From NCBI GenBank assembly GCA_963835065.1, contig CAWIEK010000051.1, positions 32,001 through 96,000 of the forward strand: a stretch of DNA of 64,000 nt, in the 5' to 3' direction. Source of the DNA: an uncultured Chthonomonadaceae bacterium. Lineage in GTDB: Bacteria; Armatimonadota; Chthonomonadetes; Chthonomonadales; Chthonomonadaceae. This document shows, piece after piece, positions 10,053 to 20,935 of the stretch; the first letter of the stretch is position 1, and each line of letters opens with the position of its first letter. The notes beneath the pieces were generated by a model. That model was not told where the DNA came from. It worked only from the letters and a program-made list of their open reading frames with translations, and searched no databases. Both the position numbers and the translations under genes were made by a program.

Positions 10053-11830
10053 TGCAAACAAAACCGATCTTATTGCCTGATCCCATACCCGCGCAGGACA
10101 TCAACTTTCAGGTTGACGGCGGGCTGCTGCGCGACATTCTGCGTCGCAAAGCGCTCACGCTTGCGCTCGTCGGCCTGGCGGTGGGCGGCGGGTATGCCAT
10201 GCGCGCGTTGTACTCCGCGCCACAGCAGTACCTGGGCGAGTGTTCCATCGCGTTGCAGCAATCCGGGCCGGCGGGACTGCCCACCGGCCTGAGCGCCCTG
10301 CTCGGCGGCGGGGGCGGCGGTTCCCACAAATACATGGGCCTGCTTGCCAGCCGCATGATGGCGGAAAAAGTGGAAAAGCGGGTGCATTTGCAGGAGCGTC
10401 TGCATTTGGGCAGCCCGCAGGAAGCCGTCGGGCTATTGCGGGGCGGCTTGAAACCCGATGACACCACCTTTGACGGGCTGCTGATTATCCACTTTGTGAT
10501 GGATGCGCCGCCCATCAAGGCGCATGACGCGCAAAAGGCGGAGCAGGTACGCCTTGTCGTGGCGGATGTGGCAAACGAGTACGCCAATCAACTGGCGGAT
10601 TTCTACAGCGAAAGCAACTCGGAAGGCTCCAACGCGCTGCTTAAAATCGCCGAAAATGAGCGGCAGGAAGCGCGCGCCAATTACCAGCGCGCTACCAACC
10701 GCCTGCGCGATTTCGTGGCAAGCTGGAAGAAGATGCCCGTCGCCAACACGCCTGTCGGCGGCAATATGGAATCCAACAGCCCTGCCGACCTGCTCAGTCT
10801 GTACTCGCAAATTGACGCGCTGGATGCGGAAATGCGCTCTGCCCGCGTCGCGCAGGACACGTCCACAAAGCTGCGGACAGAGCAGATCAAGAACCTGAGC
10901 ATCCTGCCTGCCGAAGACAGCCTGCTCAACAACGCGCGCAGCCGGGTCACGGAAGCGGAATTGAATTTCAAGCGCGTGTCTGACGTGTATGGCCCCTCCA
11001 AACGGGAGTATAGCGAAGCGGAAGACAGCCTGCGCCATGCCAAAGATGAGCTGGCGCAGCAATTGAAGGGCATCCAGAAGCTGCAAACGTCGGACCAGGT
11101 GGAGTTGCGCAAGCAGCTTGCGGTTCAAAAAGACCGCCGCGACTCGCTTGCCAAACGGATCGCGTCTGCGGAAAACAGCCTGTTTTCCCGGCGCGACCTA
11201 GCCTGGCGCCTGGAGCAATTGCGCACGGATCAGGGCATCGCGCAGGGCCGGATGCAGCAGGCGGAAGTGAAAGCCGTAGACGTGCGCCTGAGCACGCTGA
11301 CAGGTAAAAGCAAAATCTCCATTCTGGACAAAGCGCTTCCCCCCGACACCAACATGGCGGGCAATGCCAGTCCCACGCGGGCGAGCATTTTAATCGGCCT
11401 GCTTGCGATGTGCGCGATTACGGCTCTGGAATACATGCGCGCCATCCGCCGTCGCTCGCTCAACGCCTTTCAGTTCGCCCTGACCAACGCCGGCCTGATG
11501 AGCAACGGTCTGCCGCATCCCATCAATGTCGCAACAGCAAACGGCAACGGCGCTCACGTCATTCACAACAATCTTAACAATCTCAACAATCACAATGTTG
11601 AGGATGACAGCCTGAACAGCGAACCGCAAAACGGCAACGGCAACAATGGCAATGGCAATGGCAGCCACACCAACGGCAGCAATGGCAACGGCAGTAACAG
11701 CAACGGCAGCAAGGCGAACACCGGCAATGTGAGTGGCGGCAGCAATGGCAATGGCGGCAGCAATGGCAATGGCGGCAATGGCAAAAACGGCGGCAAGACA
11801 GGCTATGCCAAATCCGCCCGTCGGCGCTGA
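10052..11830 (+). CDS. Polysaccharide co-polymerase / chain-length determinant (GumC/Wzc-N-like) with N/G-rich tail
   Basis: N-terminal TM, coiled-coil periplasmic region, ISILDKALPP before the second TM. TAATG overlap with the upstream gene. No Walker A kinase domain. Confidence 0.8.
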   Translation: MQTKPILLPDPIPAQDINFQVDGGLLRDILRRKALTLALVGLAVGGGYAMRALYSAPQQYLGECSIALQQSGPAGLPTGLSALLGGGGGGSHKYMGLLASRMMAEKVEKRVHLQERLHLGSPQEAVGLLRGGLKPDDTTFDGLLIIHFVMDAPPIKAHDAQKAEQVRLVVADVANEYANQLADFYSESNSEGSNALLKIAENERQEARANYQRATNRLRDFVASWKKMPVANTPVGGNMESNSPADLLSLYSQIDALDAEMRSARVAQDTSTKLRTEQIKNLSILPAEDSLLNNARSRVTEAELNFKRVSDVYGPSKREYSEAEDSLRHAKDELAQQLKGIQKLQTSDQVELRKQLAVQKDRRDSLAKRIASAENSLFSRRDLAWRLEQLRTDQGIAQGRMQQAEVKAVDVRLSTLTGKSKISILDKALPPDTNMAGNASPTRASILIGLLAMCAITALEYMRAIRRRSLNAFQFALTNAGLMSNGLPHPINVATANGNGAHVIHNNLNNLNNHNVEDDSLNSEPQNGNGNNGNGNGSHTNGSNGNGSNSNGSKANTGNVSGGSNGNGGSNGNGGNGKNGGKTGYAKSARRR

Positions 11831-11842
11831 ATCTAAAATCTC

Positions 11843-13357
11843 GTGAACAACATCTCCATCAAGCGCAATGTGGTCGGCAATCTTGTCGGCAGGCTGTATG
11901 CCGCCCTGATCAGTTTTGCCGTCGTGCCGATTTACATGCGCCTGCTGCGCCCGGAAGGGTACGGGCTGGTCGGCCTGTTCGTCACGCTGCAAACCGTCGT
12001 CACCCTGCTGGACTTCGGGCTGAGTCCCTGATGACGCGCGAACTTGCCCGTCTTTCCGCCCTGCCGGATACGGAACAGGAACAGCGCGACCTTGCCCGAA
12101 CGCTGGAACTCGTGTACTGGCTGATTGGCGCGTTTATTGGCGCGGCAATTATTTTGTTCGCGCCCCTGATCGCGTCCCATGCCTTACATGCGCAGGCTCT
12201 GCCCAAAACTATCGTCGTGCAGGCCATTCGCATCATCGGCCTTATCATGGTGTTTCAGTGGCCGGATTCGTTTTACAGTGGCGGGCTGTTAGGATTGCAG
12301 CGGCAGGTAGCCTTGAACGTTATCCGCATTGTCACCGCCACCCTGCAAAGCGTGGGCGCGCTGCTGATACTAAAGTTCGTTTCGCAAACCATCAGCGCGT
12401 ACCTGTGCTGGATGGTAATCGTTTGGGCCGTGCAGACCGCGCTTCTGGTGGGCTGCCTGTGGAAAACGCTGCCGCGCGCCCCGCGCCCCGCCCGCTTTCG
12501 CAAAGCCTTGTGGATTAAAAATTCCCGCTTTACGAAGGGCATGACGGGGGTTGCGCTGACGACTGTGCTGCTGTCGCAATCAGACAAACTGGCGGTGGGA
12601 ACCTTCATGCCCCTCGCCGCGTTCGGCTACTACACCTACGCGTCCAACTCTTTCCAACACCCTACCCCTGCTGTTTTCGCCCATTTACAACGCCGTTTTT
12701 CCCCGCTTTTCGCAGTTTGTCGCGCTGGAAGACGAGGCCGGACTGGCGCAGTTCTACCACAAAAGCTGTCAACTGATGGCCTTGATTGTGCTGCCGACCG
12801 CAAGCGTGGGCGCGATGTTCTCCCACGAAATTCTGACCCTGTACATGCGCAATGCGGAAGACGTTCGGCATGTGCAGCCCATCTTTTGCCTGCTGCTCAT
12901 CGGCACGGCGTTTAACGGCATCGTCACCCTGCCCTACGCGCTGCAGCTGGCGTATGGCTGGACATCGCTGGCCGCCATCAAAAACCTGCTCGCCACAATC
13001 CTTATCGTACCCCTGCTATGGTTCACCGTGAAACATTACGGCGCAATCGGCGGCTGCGTTATGTGCCTGACAACCAACATCGGGTACTTTCTGCTGGAAG
13101 TGCCGATCATGCACCGCCGCTTGCTGCGCCATGAAATGCCGGCGTGGTACATTCGGGATGTAGGACTGCCCCTGCTCATCAGCCTGGTCATCGTCGGCAT
13201 ATTTCGCGCGTTCATTTCGCCGCAAATGCCCGTTCCCGTTCTGATCGCCGGTATCGCCTGCGCCTTTCTCACCGCCCTCGCCTGCGCCTTCCTTGCCATG
13301 CCCTGGGCGCGCGCCACGCTCACGAGAAGAACTGCGCAGCCTATTCCTCCCCCTTGA
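11843..13357 (+). pseudogene. wzx: Wzx-type oligosaccharide flippase with two compensating frameshifts (pseudogene or sequencing error)
   Basis: IKRNVVGN, EGYGLVG, LLDFGLSP/TRELA, SQSDKL, FGYY, AVFPRF motifs. -1 shift near 12028 and +1 shift near 12650; total span is a multiple of 3. Confidence 0.8.
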
Positions 13358-13400
13358 CATTGTTCAATCGGTATATGAAATCTCCTGGTTACCCCGAACA

Positions 13401-13446
13401 TTGCGCGTTGTGGCGACGGGCTGAACCCCGTCGCCACAACGCGCAA
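13401..13446. repeat. Perfect 20-bp hairpin (REP-like or terminator)
   Basis: TTGCGCGTTGTGGCGACGGG-ctgaac-CCCGTCGCCACAACGCGCAA. Confidence 0.8.
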
Positions 13447-13626
13447 AGCTATGGATAAAGAAGAGACTGAAAGTACCCTGCAAGTATTTTACAGCAAGCA
13501 TTAAAATCATTTAGCGCAAGTGTTGCCCCCGCTGGAACTTCAACAGGTGACTGTGATACAGGTATAATGGAACAGTTTCATTTTCAAACAGATTCCCAAT
13601 GCCGGGATCACTCAGGAAGGCAAAAC

Positions 13627-15939
13627 ATGCAATTTCCCCTTATCGTTCCTAAACTCCCAACGTTGTTAATGCTGTTCGCGTGCGCCGCCGTTTTGTCTGT
13701 GCTGTCTCAGGGCGAGGCGCGGGCAGGGCAGGCGAAAAAAGCGCCCCTGATGACGCGCTGGGCCAAACAGGTTGATCCCAAAAAGCCGCTGCCGGAATAT
13801 CCGCGCCCCCAACTTGTCCGTTCCGAATGGCTCAATTTGAACGGGATTTGGGAGTATCAGCCCGGAATGGAGGGCGATACGGTTCCGGTTGGCAAAACGC
13901 TGTCGAGTCAGATTGTCGTGCCGTACCCCGTCGAGTCCGCGCTGTCGGGGGTGATGGAGCATCATGACCGGCTGTGGTATCGCCGCGCCTTTACCGTGCC
14001 GCCCAAGTGGAACGGCAAACAACTGATGCTCAACTTCGGCGCGGTGGATTACGAAAGCGAAGTGTTTGTCAACGGCAAAAGCGTGGGCGTACATACGGGC
14101 GGCTATGTGCCGTTCAGCTACGACATCACGCCCTACCTAAAATCCGGTGGCCCGCAGGAACTGATCGTGCGCGTTTTCGATCCCACCGACTTGGGCGGGC
14201 AGCCGCGCGGCAAGCAAACGCTGCATCCCGGCGGCATCATGTACACGCCCACAAGCGGCATCTGGCAGACCGTGTGGCTGGAACCCGTTGCGCAGGGCGG
14301 GATTCGAGACCTGCATATCGTTCCCGACGTAGACAACAGCCTTGTACGCCTTACGGTGAACGCCCCGAACGCAACGTCGGCAACCCTCTGCGTCGTCAAA
14401 ATCCGAGAAGCAGGCCGCGTAATTAAAACCGTCACAATGACGCCCAACGCCGAAGCCCCAATCCCCATTGAAAACGCTCGACTGTGGTCGCCGGACAGCC
14501 CATTTTTATATGATATGGAGGTGGCGCTGATAGACCGGAAAAATCTGGATGTGACGACGCTGATAAACGGGAAAAACGCAACAGATCGCGTCACCAGCTA
14601 CTTCGGGATGCGCAAAATCTCGCTTGCGCAGGTCGGCGGCTTCCAGAAGATGATGCTCAACAACAAGTTCGTCTTTGAAATCGGGCCGCTGGATCAGGGG
14701 TTTTGGCCGGACGGGATTTATACGCCGCCAAGTGAAGCCGCGCTCAAAGCCGATATTGCGTCCATGAAAACCTTCGGCTTCAACATGGTGCGCAAGCACA
14801 TCAAAGTGGAACCCGCCCGCTGGTACTACTGGACGGACAAAATGGGATTGCTCGTGTGGCAGGACATGCCCTCGCCCAACTCCTACACCGACCATCCGCA
14901 GCCCATTGACAAACCCGTTTTCGAGAAACAACTGAACGACATTATCACCACGCACTGGAACGCCCCCTCCATCATCATGTGGGTGGTTTTCAACGAAGGG
15001 CAGGGACGACACGATACGGCGCGGCTGGTAAATATGGCAAAGCAACTCGACCCGTCGCGCCTTGCCGACCGGGACAGCGGTTCCGGTTACGAGAAAAACG
15101 AGGATGTGGGCGATGTGGAAGACATTCACTCGTACCCTCCGCCCGCGTACCCGCCCGTCAGCCCGACACGCGCACTTGTGTGCGGCGAATACGGCGGCAT
15201 CGGCTATCTCGTCAAGGGGCATACCTGGCGAACAACGGGAGGAGGCTACACGAATGTCACGAGCGCGAAAGATTTGGAAGAGCGGTACGGCGAATATGCC
15301 GCCATGCTGAAGATGTTCCGGGATCAGCGCGGCTTGAGCGCGGCCGTTTACACGCAGATTACGGACGTGGAAACCGAGCTCAACGGCCTGCTCACGTATG
15401 ACCGCGCGTTCAAATGCGACCCGGCGGAAATCGCCAAAGCCAACCGATTCGAGTACCCGGTTCCGACATATCAGGAGATCATTCCCACTTCGGAAAAAAC
15501 TGCGCAAACGTGGAAATATACCTTTACGATGCCGACAGGGAACTGGATGGGGAAGACGTTCGACGACACAAATTGGCAAAGCGGCATGGGCGGATTCGGT
15601 ACGCAGGTTCCCACCGACCCGCATATCGGAACGCCCTGGACGACTTCAGACATCTGGCTGCGGCGAACGTTCAATCCGGGCAGTTTGACGGCGGAGCAGA
15701 TCAGCCAATTGGTCATTCGGGACTACCACGACGAAGACATAGAAGTGTATATTAACGGCGTCCGAGCGTATGCGGCAGGCGGTTACATCGCTTCCTACGA
15801 GTACAAGCCGCTCACGCCCGAAGCCCGCAAAGCCCTGATACTCAACGGAGAAAACACGTTCGCCGTCCATTGCCACCAAACCACCGGCGGCCAGTACATT
15901 GACGTCGGCATTTTCCAGCGCATCCCCGCCCGGCAATAA
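13627..15939 (+). CDS. Glycoside hydrolase family 2, secreted, with C-terminal beta-sandwich domain
   Basis: EYPRPQLVR, LNFGAVDY, SGIWQTVWLE, LDQGFWPDG, GFNMVRKHIK, WVVFNE, GEYGG motifs; signal peptide. Confidence 0.92.
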   Translation: MQFPLIVPKLPTLLMLFACAAVLSVLSQGEARAGQAKKAPLMTRWAKQVDPKKPLPEYPRPQLVRSEWLNLNGIWEYQPGMEGDTVPVGKTLSSQIVVPYPVESALSGVMEHHDRLWYRRAFTVPPKWNGKQLMLNFGAVDYESEVFVNGKSVGVHTGGYVPFSYDITPYLKSGGPQELIVRVFDPTDLGGQPRGKQTLHPGGIMYTPTSGIWQTVWLEPVAQGGIRDLHIVPDVDNSLVRLTVNAPNATSATLCVVKIREAGRVIKTVTMTPNAEAPIPIENARLWSPDSPFLYDMEVALIDRKNLDVTTLINGKNATDRVTSYFGMRKISLAQVGGFQKMMLNNKFVFEIGPLDQGFWPDGIYTPPSEAALKADIASMKTFGFNMVRKHIKVEPARWYYWTDKMGLLVWQDMPSPNSYTDHPQPIDKPVFEKQLNDIITTHWNAPSIIMWVVFNEGQGRHDTARLVNMAKQLDPSRLADRDSGSGYEKNEDVGDVEDIHSYPPPAYPPVSPTRALVCGEYGGIGYLVKGHTWRTTGGGYTNVTSAKDLEERYGEYAAMLKMFRDQRGLSAAVYTQITDVETELNGLLTYDRAFKCDPAEIAKANRFEYPVPTYQEIIPTSEKTAQTWKYTFTMPTGNWMGKTFDDTNWQSGMGGFGTQVPTDPHIGTPWTTSDIWLRRTFNPGSLTAEQISQLVIRDYHDEDIEVYINGVRAYAAGGYIASYEYKPLTPEARKALILNGENTFAVHCHQTTGGQYIDVGIFQRIPARQ

Positions 15940-16078
15940 CGCCGGGTGTTGCGGCAGGATCGCTGAAATTTCAAAAGCGCGCTCGGCCTTGCTGGAAACG
16001 GTATTGAAGACCGGGAAGGGTTTCTGGATTGGGGCGAGCGCGCTTCTTCTCACAAGTCAGCATGACAGGAGATTGCTC

Positions 16079-16408
16079 ATGGCAGAACACTTTACTTACA
16101 AGCCTGTTGAGTGGACTACCGAAAGGAGCAAAATCAATGCGCCGGACCGCTTGCAAGCCATCCAAGAGGTTCTTGATAAACGAGGTCCCATCATCGTGCA
16201 GCATTGGTTCTATTACGGTGGCCGCGCGCCGGACCGCCTTGTGTTTGTTGATTACGACGAGTTTACAGAGTACCTGAACAGCAAGGCTAAGGCAGGTGAC
16301 GCATTTGACGTGTGGAGATTTGCGGACGTATGTACGCGCGACAACATGCTGGCGGAAGGCAAAATGCCTGATGAACAAGGGCGTGTGCCCGTTGGCGGCG
16401 CGTACTGA
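16079..16408 (+). CDS. Small hypothetical protein
   Basis: AGGAG RBS, ATG at 16079, 109 aa ending GKMPDEQGRVPVGGAY. Confidence 0.7.
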   Translation: MAEHFTYKPVEWTTERSKINAPDRLQAIQEVLDKRGPIIVQHWFYYGGRAPDRLVFVDYDEFTEYLNSKAKAGDAFDVWRFADVCTRDNMLAEGKMPDEQGRVPVGGAY

Positions 16409-16568
16409 AAGGTCGCCGCCGTAAGTTCTCGCAGTGGCGGGCTTGTTTTGCGCGTTCCAAATGATGAGAGCGGATATGTTTAGTGTTTAATTCTCTCGGC
16501 AGCCCTTGTCACAGAGGCATAGGATATAACACGCTGTATTTTGGACGGTTATCAGGAGGGGAGCGGGC

Positions 16569-17191
16569 ATGGCCTACGCCGACTTTACACTGAGCAGCGT
16601 GACCAAGCGGTTCAACTTGACGCTAGACACAAGCATGGATTTGTACGGGCATATTCCTGCCGTCACGCCCGAACCCGCCTTTTTGCGGCGCTTGCAGCGC
16701 GATATGGAGATGGCGCTGCAAGTGTCTACGGAAAGAGCGCGTTCCGAATTTATCATCGCGCCTATTCTGGCCGAAGTGCGGTACATGGCGCATAACGAAA
16801 TCGCGCTGTTTTCCGGCGTGGAGTTTACGGTTGACGCGCTGCAAGACCTAGCGGTTTTTGCGACTACATTATTACTCGTTCCCGGCAACAGATGTTTGTT
16901 GAGGCTCCCGTGCTGATGCTGGCGGAAGCCAAGAACGAGGACATGAAGCGCGGCTACGCGCAGTGCTTTGCCGAAATGATTGCGGCGCAATTGTTCAACG
17001 CCCGCCACGACAGCGAAGTGGAGAAGCTCTACGGCGCGGTCAGCATCGGCAATCAGTGGAAGTTTCTGGAACTCGAAGGCGCAACCGCCCGCATTGACCG
17101 CATGGACTACTACATCGAACATGTAGACAAAATCATGGGCATCCTGCTCTACATGGCGACAGGCCGCGCTGCGTCCTCCCCTGCGCCTTGA
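16569..17191 (+). pseudogene. Restriction-endonuclease-like (PD-(D/E)xK) family protein of the cyanobacterial MAYxDFT type, frameshifted
   Basis: TERARSEFIIAPIL, then (shifted) SGFCDY, EAKNE, QCFAEMIAAQ, YGAVSIG. One base missing near 16849. Confidence 0.7.
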
Positions 17192-17332
17192 GGGTTCCAT
17201 TTTGATAGTTCCATTTTAGAGGACGACTCCTTGAATTCTGCGCCTACGCGCTGACGTTATTGGGCGAACCTGTCTATGTGGAAGAGTTTTCGGGCGTTCA
17301 GCCGGGAACGAAATAGCGATATGAGGAGAAGC

Positions 17333-18175
17333 ATGAGATACGCCCTCCCCAATCCGCGCCAAAAGCGCAACGTTTGGTTGAAGATTACTTTGCGCAACGC
17401 AAAAAAGAGGAAGCCTTTGGATAATCGAAGCAAGCCGCGACGTAGAAGTTTCTCTCGAAAGAATAACACGCTGGTAGTGTTCGCTGGTTTAGGCTGCGTG
17501 TTCGGAAGCGAATTTTTGGGCATAATGTTTGGTAAAACAACCGCCGGTTCCGTAATTGCTGTTAGCGGAGTGTCCATCGGGTTTATACTGGCATTCTATG
17601 GCCTTTCTCGAGCTTTTATATGGAAAGCAGAAGTTCGCGCTGTTATAGAGACAGAGAATATCGAACAGATTGGCATTCTCGTGGAGGCGTTAGGATTGCG
17701 GAACCGCTGGGGCAATTGTGGTAACACGCCAGAGGCACGGCAGCGCGTTACCGCTTTTTACGAAGGTCTGGATGAGGTGTTGATCCGACTGTTACCGCAA
17801 CTACAGTCGGGGGATATTGCGCTGTTGACGAAAGAACAGCGAACTATTTTATACCAGAGCCTGCAGGGAAGAGATTCTTATCTGGTGGAAGCGATCCTGA
17901 AAGGTCTGATGCAGATAGATGACCAGGGCGCCCGTCCTGCTATCACTGAACTGGCTAATGGGAAATGGAAGGCTGAACAGGATACGTCCTTGCGCGCATT
18001 GGCACAGGAATGTCTGGCGCAGTTGCAGAGGAACCGGGAGCAGGAAGAAGTTCGTCACAATCTTTTACGCGCCTCTCAGAATGCAAACTACTCTTCCGCA
18101 AACTTGCTGCACACCGCCTTGCCTGATGAACGCGAGCAGGCATCCAAGCAGTTACTACGCGCAAACAAGGACTGA
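17333..18175 (+). CDS. Membrane-anchored HEAT-repeat-like hypothetical protein
   Basis: GAGGAG RBS; two TM segments; LIRLLPQL and AILKGL helical repeats; repeated LLRA motifs at the C-terminus. Confidence 0.65.
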   Translation: MRYALPNPRQKRNVWLKITLRNAKKRKPLDNRSKPRRRSFSRKNNTLVVFAGLGCVFGSEFLGIMFGKTTAGSVIAVSGVSIGFILAFYGLSRAFIWKAEVRAVIETENIEQIGILVEALGLRNRWGNCGNTPEARQRVTAFYEGLDEVLIRLLPQLQSGDIALLTKEQRTILYQSLQGRDSYLVEAILKGLMQIDDQGARPAITELANGKWKAEQDTSLRALAQECLAQLQRNREQEEVRHNLLRASQNANYSSANLLHTALPDEREQASKQLLRANKD

Positions 18176-18210
18176 TGTTCTGGGAAACCTCATAGCGACT
18201 GCGCATAGTG

Positions 18211-18363
18211 GGGGTAAGCCATGCGCTGATACTGTTGGCGAATTACCTGCAGACCTTATTCGGGCCTGAAACGGCGACGTTTTGAGATCAAGCCGCACAG
18301 CGCAAATACACTCAAATGGCCCATTTTGGAATTCGCCAACAGTATCAGCGCATGGCTTACCCC
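18211..18363. mobile_element. 153-bp MITE-like element with perfect 34-bp terminal inverted repeats
   Basis: GGGGTAAGCCATGCGCTGATACTGTTGGCGAATT at 18211-18244 and its exact reverse complement at 18330-18363. No TSD seen. Confidence 0.7.
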
Positions 18364-18416
18364 GACTTTACGTGGAAGAGTTTTCCGGCGTGGACTTGCC
18401 GCCGAGGCAAACAGGA

Positions 18417-20882
18417 TCAGCGGCGTCCGCCCCGAACCCCGCCCCCAAAACCGCCAGCCCTGACGCCGCCCCCAAAACCGCCGGGCTGCGCCCCCCCAAA
18501 ACTGCCCGTCGGGACGCCGACGCTGCCACGCCGCGCATAACCGCCGAAACTGCCGCCCATCGAAGGAAAGGGGCTGCTGATTTGCGGCGCGGGGGCGCGG
18601 AAAACCGGCGAGGGCGCGCGAAACGTTGGCGTGACTGGCCGCGCTGCGCCGATACTCGTCGGACGATAGGAACCGATTCCTGTTGACGGGCGGTATGTTC
18701 CGAGGCCGACAGTTCCCGCTCCCGCGCCGATATGCGAGGGGCTTGCTGCCGCGCGTATTCCTCCAAGCGCGCGGACGCTTTGCTCACTGTTGAGACGCAT
18801 GGGTGTTTCCGGGCGCGCGTTCGGAATGCCTGCCCGCGCCGTTCGGACATTCGCGCCCACCGACGTTCGACTGGCCGCGCCGGAAGTGGGCAAGGGACGC
18901 CATTGATTGCCGGTACGCGCTTCCCAGCCTGTCGGAGTACGACGGTACACGCCGCCATCCCGTCCGGCAAAGACGGTGTTGCCGCCCGTCCTGCCCCGAT
19001 TGCCGAGCGTATACGCAGGCCGTACTCCCAGTCGTGGGCGGCTCGTGGCGATATTCTGCGGCCAGCGGTGGTACACATTGAAGTGGTTCAAGTTGGCGTC
19101 GTGCCAGCGCCAGTCGCCATGATCCCGGCGGAAGTTGTCCGTCCAGCGCACGCGATCATGCCAGCGCCAATCGCCCCACCACGGCCCCCACCAGGGATGC
19201 CAGATTGGGCCATAGCCGAACCCGAACCCGATAGACCACCCGCTGCCGATGTTAAAATCAAAGCCCACCCCCAGGCCATAGGTGATCGGAGCGCCAATCC
19301 ACAGGCTGCCGATCCAGGGCCGATAACGATACCCGGAGCCATAAACCACGCACCCGTAAGGTTCTACATACGTTCCCAAATAACCGGGCGTGTAGCCTAC
19401 GTAGACCGCGTCCGGCGTGGCTCCGTACACGTAGGTATTTGTCACATAGTTGATCGGAGACGTGACGGGAATGGTATAAATCACGGGTGGAACGGAGGCC
19501 GCGAGTGTCCAGGGGCCGATGGGCGCCCCGCCCGTAAACCACGCGCCGTTCTGACAGGCGTAGTACACGCCGGGACTGATGAGAATGACCGGCGTGGCCG
19601 TGTTGATGGCGTACTGCATCGTCGTGCCTTCAACGGGCGCGAATTGCGGGTCGCCATCGTAGACCACGTCAAGGTGGGCGGAACTTCGCTGCACCGTCGC
19701 GGTTTGCGGGATGTTATGCGCGATAAGCGCCTGTTTCGCTTCCGTTGTTCCGGGCACGGAGGGGAGCGCGTCGCCGGCGGGGTGCGATTCGGGAATACGG
19801 GCGAAGTCGCGGGGCAGCGCGCTGCCCGCAACGAATGTCCACGCGCCGCCTGTCAGCGACCGGGACCGATACCAGCGTCCCGAAATCAGCGCGTAGTAGT
19901 TCTGGTCGGCGGTATTGAGGAACAGGCTGTTTTGTGAATTTTGCGCCCACAGCAGGCGGGTTCCGGCAATGGGCGCAAAGTTGGGCGCTCCCTGCGTTTG
20001 GATCAGTTCCGCCTGTGTTTCGCTGACATACACGGTGGGCACGACATCGGTATCCAGCGCCTGCTTCACATCGGGCGTCGGATTGTCCATTAAGTCCACG
20101 TTCTGCGTGGCGACGGCGGCCTGCCGCGCGGTTTCCAATGCGGCGGGCAGGTTGACGGCGACCTTCCAGATGGCTTGCAGGGAAGCGGCCTGCATCCAGC
20201 GATCCATCAGGTACAGGTAGTAGGTTCCGCTGCCCTGATCGAGCAGCAGGAGGGCGGGGGTATTGATTACCCGCAGCAGATTGGTTCCCGCAACCGGGCG
20301 CAGGGTCGGCGGGCCGTCCACCAGTACCAGCACGGCGGGGCGATTGCTGTAAAGGATGCGGGGCGGATCGTTACGGATGGGCTGTTGTGTCTGCCGCTGC
20401 TCGGCCTGCGTAATCGCAAGGTTGGCTTCCAGCTGCTCCAGCGGCACGGTACGCGCGAGATTGCCCACATCCTGCTGCAGCGCCCGGACGTAGTTCTGGT
20501 CGTTGGGCAGAGTGTTGCGCGTGATCTGAATATCATTGAGCGTGACGAGCGAGGCTTCCTTGTCCACGTCGGTACGGGCGGAAAACCAGATGACGCCGTA
20601 AACAGGCGTGGCGACGGCGTTGGCCTGCACGGATACCGCCGAGCGTCCCGTCAGGCGGTTGCCCTGCCAGCGGTCAAGCTGCGGCTGATAAACGGTGAGG
20701 GTCGCGGTTCCACTGGTAATCTGTCGCGGCCATTGGGTCAGCAGGGCGTCCTGCGAACCGGGTACGGGCATTGTGGCCGTGTTTTGCGCCCGTGCCGGCC
20801 CGTAACCGGCGGTGGGCGCAAGCGTGAGAAGAAGCCCTATTCCGGCGACCGGGGCGTAGCGTTGCGTGTAAATACGATTCAT
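18417..20882 (-). CDS. Secreted hypothetical protein (family often labelled carbohydrate-binding V/XII or autotransporter-like) with G/W-rich and G/R-rich tail
   Basis: Signal peptide; WPRQ, YQPQ, YYALISGRWY, VYDGDPQF, GYTPGY, VVYGSGY motifs. Confidence 0.75.
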   Translation of the reverse strand: MNRIYTQRYAPVAGIGLLLTLAPTAGYGPARAQNTATMPVPGSQDALLTQWPRQITSGTATLTVYQPQLDRWQGNRLTGRSAVSVQANAVATPVYGVIWFSARTDVDKEASLVTLNDIQITRNTLPNDQNYVRALQQDVGNLARTVPLEQLEANLAITQAEQRQTQQPIRNDPPRILYSNRPAVLVLVDGPPTLRPVAGTNLLRVINTPALLLLDQGSGTYYLYLMDRWMQAASLQAIWKVAVNLPAALETARQAAVATQNVDLMDNPTPDVKQALDTDVVPTVYVSETQAELIQTQGAPNFAPIAGTRLLWAQNSQNSLFLNTADQNYYALISGRWYRSRSLTGGAWTFVAGSALPRDFARIPESHPAGDALPSVPGTTEAKQALIAHNIPQTATVQRSSAHLDVVYDGDPQFAPVEGTTMQYAINTATPVILISPGVYYACQNGAWFTGGAPIGPWTLAASVPPVIYTIPVTSPINYVTNTYVYGATPDAVYVGYTPGYLGTYVEPYGCVVYGSGYRYRPWIGSLWIGAPITYGLGVGFDFNIGSGWSIGFGFGYGPIWHPWWGPWWGDWRWHDRVRWTDNFRRDHGDWRWHDANLNHFNVYHRWPQNIATSRPRLGVRPAYTLGNRGRTGGNTVFAGRDGGVYRRTPTGWEARTGNQWRPLPTSGAASRTSVGANVRTARAGIPNARPETPMRLNSEQSVRALGGIRAAASPSHIGAGAGTVGLGTYRPSTGIGSYRPTSIGAARPVTPTFRAPSPVFRAPAPQISSPFPSMGGSFGGYARRGSVGVPTGSFGGAQPGGFGGGVRAGGFGGGVRGGRR

Positions 20883-20935
20883 CTCTGTCTTTTCTGTCTT
20901 TCTAACATTGTTTTTCTATGTGCCTGCCAGTACGG

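Noticed and set aside
18352..18392. MAYPDFT reading in the right arm of the 34-bp inverted repeat as a third paralog start
   Set aside because: Too short, no RBS, and the adjacent bases are better explained by the YVEEFSGV duplication.
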